A stretch of DNA of 64,000 nt from contig NMRA01000001.1 in NCBI GenBank assembly GCA_002633005.1, positions 4,450,995 through 4,514,994 on the forward strand, in the 5' to 3' direction. Source of the stretch: Phoronis australis. Lineage: Eukaryota > Animalia > Phoronida. The translations under genes were made by a program, and so were the position numbers. Under the pieces are notes generated by a model. The model did no database searches. It worked only from the letters and a program-made list of their open reading frames with translations, and had not been told where the DNA came from. Shown here one piece after another: positions 22,808 through 36,635 of the stretch. The number at the start of each line of letters is the position of its first letter. Position 1 is the first letter of the stretch.

Positions 22808-25507
22808 ATGAAGTTCCTTTTAGTTCTTGCTGCCATCGTCGCCGCAACAGCAGCGCAAGCGCCGAAGCCTTGTGGTTAGTATACACTGATATAATTTAAA
22901 ATAATTTCATAATTTTAACAAGACAATTGTAAATTTATGAAGACTATTGCTTTGTAAAAACTGCAAGGTGACGAAGCCTCAATATAGCCGTTTAGTTCAG
23001 TGGTCTAAGTAACAGTTCCATTGTGTTTGCTGTATGGTATTGTTGCACATGTCATAAAATTATAACATTTCTCCCCAACGTTTCTCTAGATTAACATTTT
23101 ACCTGCTTCTTTCAGTCACACCACCGGAATGGGAAGCTCGAGAGATGAGGGTAAGGAACACAGTCTAGCATGGATATAAACCCATATGGGAGAACACTCA
23201 TACCCGGTACATGGAAATGGGGCGCATATGGGAAAACTCATACATAAATAAGTCCATATGAGAGGTACACTCTATTGTGGCAAGAACAGGAAAATTGATA
23301 TTAATGGATAGCGTCAGTCATTACAATCGCTATTAGAATTTTTAAGTTTTTGAAAAAATCCTAATAGCAGAGCACATAATTTTGAACCCAGACGATCAGA
23401 CAGCGACATAACTTGAGCTTTTCCATTCTCTCTTCCAGATGAGGCATCCGCACCATCAAACCACTTTCGCCAAGATCTCCTATGACGCCATCAACCAACG
23501 TATCAGGAGAGTGGAGGCTATTATGCCATCCTTCAAACACGAAAAGGAGTTCTTTGATGAGTTATTTATCTTCAAGGAGGTAAACATAGTTCTAATGTAT
23601 TGAAACAGTAGTTTAGTAAACAACCAAGCTACAAAAGTCTTTCAATGTTAAAATAAAAAATCACATGTTTGCAGGCTTTATACGTAAAGAGGTGGATTGT
23701 CAGTCCGCTCATGTGTTGGTGTGAGAGTTAAAAAGCTAATTAGATGCATACATATTTCCTAACTTGTTCAATAATTGAATTTCCTTGTGCAAGTGAAAAT
23801 TTTATCAGTAAGATGCACAAGTTGCATTTAGTCCTCGCCACCCTATAGTCTTGTCTATCATGTAGTCTTGTCCATCCTGTAGCCTGGTCCATCTTGTAGT
23901 CTTGTCTATCCTGTAATCTTGATCATCTTGTAGTCTTCTCTGTGTCTATCCTGTAGTCTTGTCCATCCTGTGGTCTTGTTGATCCTGTAGTCTTGTCCAT
24001 CTTGTAGTCTTGTCTATCCTGTAATCTTGATCATCTTGTAGTCTTCTGTATCCTATAGTCTTGTCCATCCTGTAGCCTTGTGCATCTTGTAGTTTTACCA
24101 ACCTGTAATCTTGATCATTTTGTAATTTTTTTTTGTATCCTGTAGTCTTGCATATCCTGTGGTCCGTCGATTTTGTAGTCTTGTATCCATTGTCATGATC
24201 TTACCCGTGATGTGGCATTGTACTGTCTATTCTGTAGTCTTGTCCGTGACGCGGTCTTGAGTCCATTATTTACTCTTCCCCGTGGTGTAGTCTTGTGCCC
24301 ATTCTGTAGTCTTGACCGTGATGTCTTGTGCTTCTTGTTGTTTGCCCAGTACTGTAGTGTTGCCCACGCTGTAGTCCTGCCCGTGCATTCTTGCCCATTG
24401 CTCATTTTCCAGAAAAAGGGATACAGAATGAACTTGAAGACGAAGGAGTGCAAGGTATTTGATCTCAAAGAATCGTTTCACGCTGCTCAGGTGCCATACA
24501 ATGCCACCAGTTTTGGCGAGGCGTACGTCGGCACGAACGCGTTGGAGCGCGAAGGAGTTCTTGTCACATTGTGGGGAGGCAAGACACCGCGTGGACGTAA
24601 GTGAGAGACACTTGATTTTTTCCTAAGCGATCACGCTCGTTGCAAACATAGACTTCGTTGTTGACTCGAGGCCAGAAAGAAATGTTACTGCAACAAATTA
24701 AAAGTTCGTGGCGTATTTGAGATATAGCGTGTTGCTTGAACCTGGTGAACGTGATAGTGAGGTCTGATGAGCGCCACATTTTGATAAACGTTTGTATGTG
24801 ACCCAACAATAGTCGGTTTTGACAACAATTCGTGATTCATATTATTTTGCATGCATTTTCTTCCTCCCAGATGAATTTTTTGGAGCAGTAACACACCCAG
24901 ACTGCATTCCCGTCGCTTACGGCTTCCGTGACAAGACGAAAAGAAGAGGACACCACACAACGTACGTATTCTGGCAAACAAAAATGAATGCATTAAGATA
25001 TCAGTCTCGATTAAGGTGACGTCAGAACTTTCTTTACTTGGTGGAAAGGCCTCTAAGATGTTTCTGCAATAGATACAGGTTATCCATGGGCGCTGAAAAA
25101 AGTGGGGGCTTAAGCTTCCAAGAACCCCTGTGATGCACTGCCTATAGACCATGGGCTGCGCAACACTGTAAAAGTAGGGTGGGGGGCAATAGTATGTACT
25201 TTTTGTGGCAAAGAATGCAATTTAAACGATCACTGCATACATGTGATCCGGTGAAGTGAGTGTCCGAAGACATTTTTTCGTCATCACTATAGTTGTAATA
25301 ACTATAATTATTAAACTAATTCGCATGTATTAAGTTCATTACAACAATTGTAATAAAAACAAGACAGCAAGTCTTCTCAAATATCTGTATTATGGATCGG
25401 TTGACTGTTGACGCGTTCTGTTCACTTATACTTTCAGACTGTTTGACGTGACTCTCGGTATCTCCGACCCCAACGTATTCATTCCACCAAGAGAGTGTAA
25501 GCAGTGA
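22808..25507 (+). CDS. EPDR: Ependymin-related protein, paralog 2, complete, 195 aa
   Basis: Exons 22808-22874, 23116-23150, 23439-23579, 24413-24596, 24871-24961 and 25438-25507 sum to 588 nt in frame. Signal peptide MKFLLVLAAIVAATAA, PKPCVTPPEWEAR, ISYDAINQRIR, LKTKEC, VPYNATSFG, PDCIPV and DVTLGISDPNVFIPPREC give the four conserved ependymin cysteines. Kozak-like GCCGCCATG. Confidence 0.93.
23845..24385. repeat. ~17-bp minisatellite (CTGTAGTCTTGTCCATC) in EPDR-2 intron 3
   Basis: Many degenerate tandem units ending shortly before the acceptor at 24412. Confidence 0.9.
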
Positions 25508-28043
25508 ACAGTCATCAACGTCAAAAAACAATGGATTCATCAATTTATCCAGCTTAGTATATGAGGAAACTGAATTACATGTATTAAAACAGATTTTAAG
25601 AAAACGAGTCGAACAAAAAATGCTTGTTTCAAGATCATGCAGCTCATCGCTTATTTCTGGTCGAACAAGTTAAGTCAATATGTATTTTATTTTGACGATT
25701 AGCTTCCATTCGAAAGTTGTAGAATGACGTTCCTTCTTGAAGTGCACGCGATGGTGCTGCCCCCAAAGGGCTTTTATAAAATGTCGAAGTGCCACCGTAG
25801 CGTTTGGTGAACAGCGAGGCACCCACACGGCGCTTGTCGGATGGCGCTGTGGATGTCCTCTTTTTCGTCTTATTCTGATCACGTTTTGCTGATCGCCTCG
25901 CTTTAATCGGCGAGTTGCATGGTAACCTCTGAAATGTGAATGAAAAAAGTCAATCCCGATAGGCTTCAAAAGGAAACGAGAAATAAGACAAAAATTGATA
26001 AAGATTATTATGCCACATTCTCATGCCCATTGTTACGGCCTGTATAACACGTATCAACATAATTCGTCAGTGGGCAGGACCACAGTTGTAACTGATTCAA
26101 ATTTTTTAGCACAGGATTGTTAATTATGCGTGAATACCAAAACAGAAGACAACAAATGGGCGTCTAAGCTTACCGCAGTTTTAGCCTTCTTGGTTGGCGA
26201 AACTCTTACGCTCCCGTATGCAGTTGAAATTACGCGTTGTTTTAGTTTTCGTTTGGCACACGAACTCTTTGTAACGTCTCTAGTCGACCTTTCTGAGCCT
26301 GTTACTGTCTCGTGTTGTTGGGCGGTGCTGGGGTTATAGTCGGTTGTGGCACCGGTGGGCGTAGAAGTGATCTGCTAGAACGACGTCGTCATCAGTGTTA
26401 GCAACAGGAGATAACCCGCCACTCAGGGGGAGGGTGGGCTCCTGTCACCCAAGCCATGTTCAAAAGATCTTAAAGCTTTCTTTGAACGGTCTAGCCATAA
26501 CTTTCCAAATATAATAAACGGTCAAGTTTTATTGTCTTACTTTCAAAAGTGCTGGACCCAACCGTTATAACATTCACCAATCTAAACACCCAGGAACAAC
26601 GCGCACGCAATGATTAATGTTAAGAATTCTTCATATATTCACCTTTCTCTTTACGATAGGGTTTGTATATATCCTAGCAATATCGTTGAGTCGTTTTCTT
26701 CGGACAAAGCCCGCAGATCTCCTCGATAGGGTCCACTTTGTTCGTCTCGGCTGAATGAATGGCCTGTGAACTGTTTTGCTCAACAGTCGAGGACTTCCTT
26801 TAGGAGCATACGGGGACGCTTGTTGTAGGTTATCCAACTGGTGGGCGTGCTGGAAGGGAGGATTAGGAACAATATGTAGCCACGGTTAATGCATTCTACT
26901 GCACACTTAAGATTGCGTCATCTAAACTATTTAAATGCACAACCAGCTGCAATCCTTGAAACAAAAAACTACCGTATATGTGCATATTTAGGTCCATGGT
27001 GCTACTCCAAGTAATGAAAAGGATAATTATATTTTAAGCAATTGTTTTCACACATAGGCGCATGCGTTGTTTTTTGACTGGAGGCACGGGTTTGGTGCGT
27101 TTTTAAAAAGCATTTCCGGAACCACTGTCCATAATTTTGCACCATTAAGCTATTGACCAACCAGCGTTTGTTGGTTGCTTCTAAAAATAAGATTCGACGC
27201 TGCAAACTTGAATTCTATTAGTACTTTATGGCGGTATGGCTTTAAATAACGTTATTGTTTTAAAAGACTGTTTTTTGAATTTCAAAAGATTGGTGAACTC
27301 CTTCTCACTCTCTCGAAGCCGTTTCTCACGGCTATGTACAGTATAGACAGCTCATGGTGGAGAAAGAACTCAAGGTAATGGGCAACTTCTTTTTCGGCTA
27401 GGTCACTGCGTTTGGTTTTTCACTTAACTTACCACGTGCATGTCCCGCGGTGTTAGGTGAGACTCGATGAGCGGACTCTTTGGTCCTAGCTCCAGCTCCT
27501 CTAACGTCCTGCAGCTCGTTGGTCCTTCCAGCGCCTCTAACGTCCTGCACTGTCCGTTAGACTTTGAATCGGAATCCACTTGTCTACCAGCCTCTACTAA
27601 AGAATGAAAACATCACTCGAGGACTCTGCCACAGCCCGAAAGAGACCCATGGTGTAGCTGGGGGAAAGACTCGGATTGAAAGTCGTTTGCAAAAACGTCA
27701 GTGGACCATCTTAGAGTAACATTAGAACATACATCAAACAATACGCGTAAACTGACGTGGATTGGCGTATCAAAGGGATATATTAGGTCTAACAATTTGT
27801 AGTCACCGTTAGAACCGAGGAACAACAATGGCTTCTCTCTGTTCATGCATCTGACAACATGCGCCACAATAGCAATCCTGTATACGAACAAATGGAGTAG
27901 TAGGCAAGTCTTACCTTCGTCCTCAGCCATCTGTCCTTGACTCAAGTGCCGAATAACTACCCTACAGACTACGCTCTGTGATATGTCCTCACTGACTGTA
28001 GAAACAACAGTCAGGTAGATAATATACAGCAGTTGACTTTCAA

Positions 28044-28139
28044 TATGTTGTCGGGTTTTCAGACCTCAAAAAACGTGGTAATGACCGAGGGAGCCTAGGT
28101 CATTTATCACATCTTTGGTATCTGAAAACCAACATATTC
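28044..28139. repeat. Palindromic dispersed repeat; related copy at ~43313-43393
   Basis: GTTTTCAGACC...GGT(A/C)TCTGAAAACCAA-like hairpin arms at both loci. Confidence 0.55.
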
Positions 28140-28255
28140 TCCAAGTGTGAAAGGGAATGTTTTATTATATGATTAAATTTCCTAAGTAAGTCATGGGACT
28201 GAAGGAGGGCGGTGTTTTGGATTTCCATCGCGTGTCGATCAGCTCGTTCGATGAG

Positions 28256-28416
28256 CAGTGGCGGATTTAGAGGGGGGCTAAGGGGGCCATGCCCCCCCCT
28301 AAAATTATCCCAGATTCCATTTGGCAGTTTGGGATGCGAATGTCTGACAGGCAAAATCCTGGCTAATACTCTGCCTTGCCCCCCCCCCCTAACTCAAAAT
28401 CCTGTATCCGCCCTTG
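28256..28416 (+). mobile_element. MITE with 5-bp TSD
   Basis: CAGTGGCGGATTTAG...TCCGCCCTTG, flanked by ATGAG at 28251-28255 and 28417-28421. Confidence 0.88.
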
Positions 28417-28974
28417 ATGAGTCATTTAGTTTTTTCACAAAACTTTGTGGCGAGATTTCGAAAGGAACAATAGATTTTATTTTGGAAAAGATATTCTGTT
28501 TTGGGTTATATAACGACAAACGTCGTTTAGTCATATCCATGCAATAGTTATGCCAATGCGATCGCACGCTTTGTGTAAGTACACTCAGAGCAGTGCACGG
28601 CGCTCAAGTCGGCGTACAGTTAGCGTGATGGTGGGAACTAGCAATTTGTTCGGTTATTTAAAAACAAATGTGACGTCAGACTACAGATGTTTTTAAAAAG
28701 GTTTCGAGTTCGGTGACGCGTTGGTGACGCAGTGGTAAAGTCGAGGCAAGCGAAATGTTTGAGATCGGATTCCAATCTAAATGAAGTATGTGAAACTTCA
28801 ACAACAACAAAAATGCGAAAAAAAAACATGAAACGGCGTTATTATACAGGTAGTTGTCAGTATTGCGATTGATTGACTCAGTGAGTTTATAACTATATAG
28901 TTTGTACAAATCATATAATAACAGAGAAAAGAAAATGTAGTCCCATGCTGTCTTTTAAAATCATATGAGGTGAC

Positions 28975-29132
28975 CAGTGGCGGATTTAGAGGGGTGCGCA
29001 GGGGGCCATGCCCCCCCTAAAATTCTCCCAGATTGCATTTGGCAGTACGGGGGTACGAATGTCTGACCGGCAAAATCCTAGCTAATACTCTGCCCTGGCC
29101 CCCCTTAACTCAAAATCCTGGATCCGCCCCTG
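28975..29132 (+). mobile_element. MITE with 5-bp TSD (same family)
   Basis: CAGTGGCGGATTTAG...GATCCGCCCCTG, flanked by GTGAC at 28970-28974 and 29133-29137. Confidence 0.9.
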
Positions 29133-31296
29133 GTGACTGACCCTTTGCTAGCGATTTCGGCCTGACCCAATCAGCGTTGTGGTCATCAAAGAAACTCCTT
29201 TTAATTTATTTAATTTAGGCCACTTACGTTAACTCTTACTTGTTCATGTTCCTTACTTAAATGAAGAATGATTTCTGGACCAAGGAACAAGTGGCACTTC
29301 GCCAGTGCTCATTTTGACTCCATGCTTCGGGCACTTGATTTAGTGACATGCCAGAGCAATGCATGGGCGGCGTAGCCCCCTATGGTGCGCCGCCCGGCAA
29401 TGACGCTCTTGCCTAGGCCAGGAAACGATGTTCCCTTTCTCATGTTTATCCGAATACATAGTTGTAGTTTGTAACATGTGCATTGTGGTGAATTGACTAG
29501 CAATTAATATTAAGTCAAATTAATTAGCTACGACCGGAGGCCGAGCGGACGCCGACGCCATTACTGGTACTTACCAACTGTTTGGAACGAGGTGTCAGCC
29601 TCGTTATCACTGACCGTGAGCAGTGTGACGTCACTTGTGAGAGAGGAGATTGTGATCGAGTCTGAAACGAAAAGACATGAGAAACTAAAATTATGGTGTT
29701 GCATTTGCGATTGTTATCTCAAAACACAAGAACAAGATTAACTGTATTCACGTGCAAGCTAACAGATAACAAATAGATTACCCCAGTACATATGACGTCC
29801 CAACAACACAACAGTGACACTTGTGATCATCCTTCAAAGTTGGCTGGCGCTTCTGCTGCTGGCTAAACTGCCAGTAAAAACGCTAACGTTCAAGTTACCA
29901 CGTGATTTGAATATTTCACCACCATTATCACCCCTACCACCACCATCATCATGCATAACCGCAACCAGGCGAATTTTAGGAACAGATCAACATGTGCATG
30001 CAGTTAGACTTGAGATTGAATAAACATCCTGTTTTACAAACTCAACTAAGCAACATATCCGCCTTCTACCTGCTAACAGACTGTCTTCCTCGTGTATAAT
30101 TATACTTTGGCTCTGCCTTGGTTTCACATCTTCAATTTTCATCGATTCTTTGTATTTCTGAGTTGAGTCTATCGTATATTCGTCCACGGTGTCCTCTCGT
30201 AGAACTGTAAATGAATTGCCGTCATGCTTACAGTGTCTATGAATAAAATTCAACACAACTGCAGTCGGTTTGCTGGGACAGATGGTTGCACTCGTTAGTC
30301 AGCAAAGGTTGAAAGGTCCGGTAAATTCAGTTCTGATTCACAAACAGGGCTCATCAACTGGCCAAACGTGATGATGCTGTCCTCTCAGAACACGGCTTGT
30401 GTACCCATCGCCAAATACAAACCTGATGGGTCCTGGTTTATGACAATGACCCGTTTTATTAACAAAGTGAGAAACTGTAATAAACCGGTGTCAAAATAGC
30501 CTACTTCTGGCCAGTCAGCTAGTCAGAGATGTGGCCCTAGGCGCAAGCGGCACTTCCGTAGCCCGCCATCGGGTGGTATTTCCAATTAGTCAGCTCGAGA
30601 GCAATGGTACTCCCAATGCCTGGTCGGGAGTACTTGCGAGGCTTACTCGGGGGATGGTCCCAAATATTGATCTAGATCGGATGGACGCTCCTGGGCTTGC
30701 GTCCCATATAACCAGCTCAAGTGTACTCGCAACCGTTGACACCGTCAGCCGGCTGGTGTACTCGCATGAACACTGGGAGAGGTAGGTCTACTTCAACAGC
30801 CGCGTCTCGTTGATTACCGGTACTCCCATAGCCAGGTTTTTGACAGGCTTAAAGTTTTTAATTTGGGTACCGTGGTTCTCGGATCCACTATAGTTCGACG
30901 TAAGGGATACTAGATTTGTAAACGAATTCTTAAAGGTAAAGTAGTGAGGGTGAATACATAACTATTCTATAGAAAAATGAGTTGCTTGTAGTCGGAAAAG
31001 AAAATGGAGCTGAACAAAATTAGACCTACATATATAATACACAATTTTGCTATCATCTCTAACCTCCGATCTGTCTATATAGGAAGTAATCTATGAGACA
31101 TGTCATTTTTGGCTTCATACAACGGGGGTTCACTATATTCGACAACAGTTTGTTACAATAGCTCGATTTTAAGTACAAAAAGTCGGACCGCAAGTTATGA
31201 CTCGTCTTAATTCCGACTTATTACAACGATCTGGTGTGTCATAAAGCGGACCGTTGTATTAAATCAGAGCCCATCACCGTGGAAAGAATCCTCCTA

Positions 31297-31499
31297 CATG
31301 AGCGCACCCAGCCTAACATATAGGGGGCTCGAATTTCTCGGTATGGGGACCTTTTACTGAACAAAATCAACGAAGACTAAAAAAAGAACGGGGCCATTAG
31401 GTTCAGGCCAACGAATTGTCCATCTGCGCCGATTTCCAGTGTCCTTTGTGGACTTTTGCCTAATTCGCCCCCGCCCCCCTTCCCCCTGGTGCACTCATA
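31297..31499 (+). mobile_element. MITE of the CATG(A/C)GCGCACCC family
   Basis: TIRs CATGAGCGCACC / GGTGCACTCATA; near-perfect 5-bp TSD TCCTA/CCCTA. Related copies at 10734-10882 and a left end at ~50044. Confidence 0.65.
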
Positions 31500-32811
31500 C
31501 CCTAACCGGTTGAGATTGGGCTTCTCGACCGGTTTGCGTACCGCATAATCTGCCGGTTTAAACCAAAAACACCATGATCTTTGGTTAGTTGCCGTTCTCT
31601 AAATAATGAGACCGTAATAAACACATATTGGGGGCCACCATAGTATTTTTTAATTTTCGTTTTGAAAGTATGTAAATAGCACATTTAAATAGTTGGTGAA
31701 AAGAACGCGTGATTAGGCCTTTGAATTTTGAAAATTGGACAAGAAATGTGACTTTACAACCTAAAACGTTTGCTTAATGTTGCAATAATATGATCTTCAT
31801 TAATTCCACGGGGTGTGCAACCTAACTGTGCCAATTACCAAACCATCAGGCAGCAGTTGGATTTTTGGGTAAACCAAGTGCCATCTTACAATACTTGGCA
31901 TGACCCAGCTCCCGACTCAAAAGCTTGACTCACTAACCGCGGAGTGCGGGCATCGTGTTAGTGAAGCCAGGTAAGAGCAAATCCGCTGAACCGTTTTTTG
32001 GGGGTACGTATTTTACATACATAGAATGTGGGCATCGTGTTCTGTGAGTCCAGGTAGGCTCAAATCATTGAACTGTTTTTGGGGTGCGTAAACCGTGTTT
32101 TGTGAGTTCAGCTTCTCGTATGTATTCTGTAAATGGAGTTTTTGTAGCTTTGCGCCTAGGGTGCCCATCATTGAATGGGTCTGTTACACGGTAGGTCTCA
32201 GTGCCTGTCTGCGCATGTGCTAGCCATGTACTTGTGCAGGTGCACGTTCTTCTTTTGTCTCGTATTACTTCGTTTGTTGACCTCATTAATCTATTTTAAT
32301 GTGGTGCCATTAATATCGTCGAAGCAAAAAGCTCTCTTCAAGCGTATGTTTTGTAACTGAAGGTCAGCTATAAAGAAATTCGAAAGTAGCCTAAAGTGAG
32401 GTATATCACCGACATCCAGCCCATGTGTATTAAAGTAAGATACATCACCGACCTCCAGAGGGCGTGTATTACAAACTCAACGAACTATACTGTCGTTCAA
32501 CTTCAGAATTTGCGTTTCAGTGAAGAAGCGAAAACACCATAGCGAGAAAGTACAGTACTGACCTTGGTTTATAGGAGAACGTGATGATCGGTGATGTTGC
32601 GTCTTGTCCTGCTTTGTACCAAACCTACACCGACATAACCGTGAAAATATCCCACCCATGGTTACCAAAAACTACGAATTCTCAACACAAACATGGCATG
32701 TTTACAAACCCCTAACATTTCCAAGCTTTTTTCATTACCGAGACAATAACGTGACGTCATTAACTTGATGCCCAATAATATTAGGTTCATACGAGTGGTG
32801 AAATGTTAGCG

Positions 32812-33600
32812 AAGTAAGTGAGTAAGTAAATTTTCTATTATAGTGATATGCGTTCATATAGATGGTTGAAACCAAGAAATAACAAAACAGTAACACCCAG
32901 CCCACCGCGGGGCTTAGAAGTCACTTTAGATACATGAAAAACTGAAGAACAAGTGTACAGGCGTTGCATCAAAAAGCAAGAGCATCAAAAAGAAAACACA
33001 ATGACAGAGTGATTATACACAAATAAAAATTTTCCGTACCTCAAAATGTTTTTGATGAAGAATGCACTTTTCCTGATAAGATCTTTTTGCATAATGGTAA
33101 GTAATTTACTTTCACAGCTGTCTGCACCAAATCGTGGATATTTAATCTCAACTTGAGAGTAAAAGGTGCTTCTAATATCTAAGAAAAACGGATACTCAAA
33201 CAGAAAATGTACTTCGGATTCGACCTGACCAGTGCGACAAAGACAGCAAGTTCTATCATCAAATTCCAGAGAACGAAAACGCCCAACCACAACCAATAAC
33301 TGTGGGGTTCTGGTTCTAATGCGCAAGAATTGGCCTACTAGACCGAGTTAAGTCTAACTGCCCGTATGGCTCAACTTCAAAAACATTTTTCATCAAAACA
33401 TACTGTAGCCAGACCGAAGCATTTTCCAAAGGATGCACACATGAGCATCTGAATAAGGAACAAATTGAGAACACGTTTATAGCGGTAACATGGTCCAAAT
33501 AAAAAGTTCCTCCTTGGATAGACGCGGATTATAACCACTTCACATGCGCGAACAGCTAGTTTTCCCACCATGAGATTAGGGGTGTCTATCATGGATTAAA
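32812..33600 (-). pseudogene. Decayed 3' end of a non-LTR retrotransposon ORF2
   Basis: VGRFRSL..DRTCCLCRTGQVESEVHFLFEYPFFLDIR matches the C-terminal zinc-knuckle-like region of CR1/L2-group RTs (GRY...R.C..C...VEDE.HFL..C...IR). Followed by a (TTAC)n-like tail at ~32812-32830; frameshifted upstream. Confidence 0.7.
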
Positions 33601-35109
33601 TACCCAGTGTAATGTAACAGTATAACTCTACTTCGTACAGTATAAGCAACCAAAATGTCTGCGATTTAATTTCAAGACCTTTGGCGTGTTACATAACCAC
33701 AAACTGTTCACTGTCAAGTCCTGTGTGACCTTGTCGTAACAAGTCTATGTATTTAGCCAACTTCTACAAAACTCAGTAGAAGTATATATTTTTGAAAGTA
33801 AAAAGCCTGAAGTATTTGTAGATTTTACACACCAATCTGTCGCTAAACGGATCACGTGACCATGCCTTTAAGCGAAATTTACATGTAGTAAAAACGAAAG
33901 GCACATTCATAACAAAACAACGGTATAAATAACATTACCAAATTTCACTTGAGATATATGCTCAAGCTGAAATCTCAAAAAACACTGTTACAGTATTCTA
34001 AATTATCGTCTCGTTTCCATTTATGCAACATTTGATTTTTGTTCAACACATGAAAGTCTTATTTACGATACACCCTCATGCAAAAGTAGAGTGTTTTGGA
34101 GAAAGTACATATAGCACGATGGTATCTGAAAGTATGATGTTCCAAAGCCGACCAAATTTGGAAATTTTTCTAGGGTCCTACATATTTTAAAACTAAATGG
34201 CGATGCAAAGCGAACAACAAAAATAATACATAGATAATGGCTGCGAATGTCTAAATTTTACATATTATTTACATGAAATTAGTTGTTACACTGAACGACG
34301 ACTAAAACAGCTGAAGTGTACTAGTAAGGCGGTAATTTTGACCTGGCGCAAAAATAAACCCACAGGACGTTTTTGACTTTGAAAAATGAGTGACTCAGGA
34401 TCGATTTTCACAGGTTTTACACAAGACGTGTAAAATTTTCATCCCGTGAAAAATTACCCTGTCGCTGAAAACTTTTGTCAGGTAGCTGAAGTTTCGATGG
34501 GTTCGGCGCGTTTTTTGACGGTTGTGTATAACTAAGTAGTAATAAATCAAAACATCGGCATAAAGTTTGGGGTCCGTTTACGGAACAACCTCCGGGCGCT
34601 GTTTCTAAGAAGACACGAAGGAGTTTGGTGGAGACCAGCAAGGTGACGCCGAAAATTGAAGGGTTACCCCACAGTATGACATCAAAAGCTATTGGCACTG
34701 ACCTGGTTGCCAGTGACGACTTGGCTGCCACGACACATCCACGAGGGAAACGTAAACTGCAGGAGAACGTCGAGCAAAATTAATGTGTGTACGAATGAAA
34801 CGCGTCGACCACCCTCATGTTGCTTGTTATGTCACCTTTATTAGTTGAATTATAGGAGGCGCCATGTCTATTTACTGTGCCCCCTCTAAATTCATCAACG
34901 GGAGGGGGGCAAGCATCGATGGCAATGCTCCACCTAATGCACACTAATACGAGCGTTGTCAATTAAATTTTCAAAACAAAGTATGTTGAGCTCTCCAAGG
35001 AAGGAAACTCAATGGAAATTTCATGAACAATCCAGCGCAAAAAATCAGCACCAATAACAGAACTCTGCAAATGGAAGTGGTTTCATTACACCAAGAAGTT
35101 TAGCTTAGA

Positions 35110-35300
35110 CCAAGCGTACTCACTAAAACAACTGTCAGTGGCACACAGTTGAGCCCAGGTCAGTTTGCAGTGTGCTCAAACAACTGTCACTGACAGACAG
35201 TAGAGCTTAGGGTAGTTCACTGTGTACTCAAACAACTGTCAGTGACAGAGAGTTGAGCTCAGGTCAATTCTCAGTGTATTCAAACAACTGTCAGTAAGTA
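35110..35300. repeat. ~52-bp tandem repeat x3-4
   Basis: CTCAAACAACTGTCAGTGACAGA..GTTGAGC units. Confidence 0.75.
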
Positions 35301-35508
35301 GGTATATTCAACTATCATTCTGATCACTACAACAGTTGAACTTCAGAATAAACAATATTATATTTACGAATAAATAATCTCCGACTAGAACACAGGATGA
35401 ATTTGACTCAACATAAGGAGAGAAACAAGCAACAGACTAACATGATGGGTTTCAAAAATAACTAAACATAACAACCTATGTTATAAACTGGTCTAACTCG
35501 GATCACTG

Positions 35509-35787
35509 GCCCCTTTCTCGAAGAGACTATTGGCTTTTGTCTTTAGCCAAAAGTCAATATCCGACTGCGAATAGCCAAAATATACTTTTGTCTTCAGCAT
35601 TTCTCAAAACATTTTGTCTTCTGTCTTGTCAAGAAAATTAACAATTCCTGCCTTTGTCTTTGAGTTGTAGACAGATTCTCAAACTTTCAGCCTTAGCCTG
35701 TGTTCATGAAACAGGATAAGCCATTCGTAGGCTGACTTTAAAACAGAAAGAAGACAAATGCCAATAGCCTTTTTGAGAAACAGGCCC
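35509..35787. mobile_element. PIF/Harbinger-like MITE downstream of COQ8
   Basis: Imperfect TIRs GCCCCTTTCTCGAAGAGACTATTGGCTTTTGTCTT / AAGACAAATGCCAATAGCCTTTTTGAGAAACAGGCCC, with CTG/CAG flanks. Confidence 0.65.
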
Positions 35788-36289
35788 CAGGAGTTTATAA
35801 TGGGTCAATGAATCTGCGCCTTTTGTCAAAATCCAATTTTTGACTTGGTCCTAATAATGTTATAAACTCTGTCTCATTATACCCCTTACTCTGACAACAA
35901 AATATTTTCAGGGCTAGAGAATAATTGTCATATCGTTATCGCTGCAGACAAGGCCCCATTTCAATGGCTCGTCAAAGAGCACTTTGGTAAGGGATTTAAT
36001 GGTAGCTAATAAAAATCAAAACAAAGGATGACATAGCATTGAAAGAGCCAGCAAGCCTGTGAAGAAAGTTGGTATTTTCAATACCACAACACCAAAAACA
36101 CCACAAAACAAGAGCATGGTTTGTAGAGCCATTAAAAACTATAAATATTTTACAAATGTATTACTCTCAGAGCACTGAAAACTACATTTTTTAAAAGTAG
36201 TGCTGTCATTATCACCATAATAATGTTTCCAAGCAGTACACAAAACTTAATAGTTGTGCTGTTATAAAGCAGCGTGCATTCATTGTATA

Positions 36290-36551
36290 ATTAATAAGAA
36301 ATATTAGTTTTCATACACGCCACCTGTTGGTCACATCACTTGACCAATAGTTAAGCCTGGAAAGATCTCTGTCCTGATTGAAGTTTGAACCCGGGACTTT
36401 CTACTAACCGTGCATAGTAAGCTATCAGGACCACCAGTTGATTAGAGAAATCTAAACCCTGGTCACCACAGACATCTTTTCGAACTTAAGTATTAGGTTA
36501 TGTGATGTGACCGACATATGGCGTGTATGAAGACTAATTCTTATTTATTAA
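36290..36551. mobile_element. Foldback MITE with ~65-bp TIRs, ~85 bp past the COQ8 stop
   Basis: ATTAGTTTTCATACACGCCACCTGTTGGTCACATCAC is inverted with GTGATGTGACCGACATATGGCGTGTATGAAGACTAAT. Confidence 0.75.
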
Positions 36552-36635
36552 CGTCTGATATTTTACCTACGGCAAACAGCTGCCAGATATCAACAACCTT
36601 TTGGAAGGTGCAATATTTAACAAAAGCATTTAAAG

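Noticed and set aside
34560-34940. Pogo-like transposase traces (PF..PG / LFLRRH)
   Set aside because: Too short and frameshifted to support without a search.
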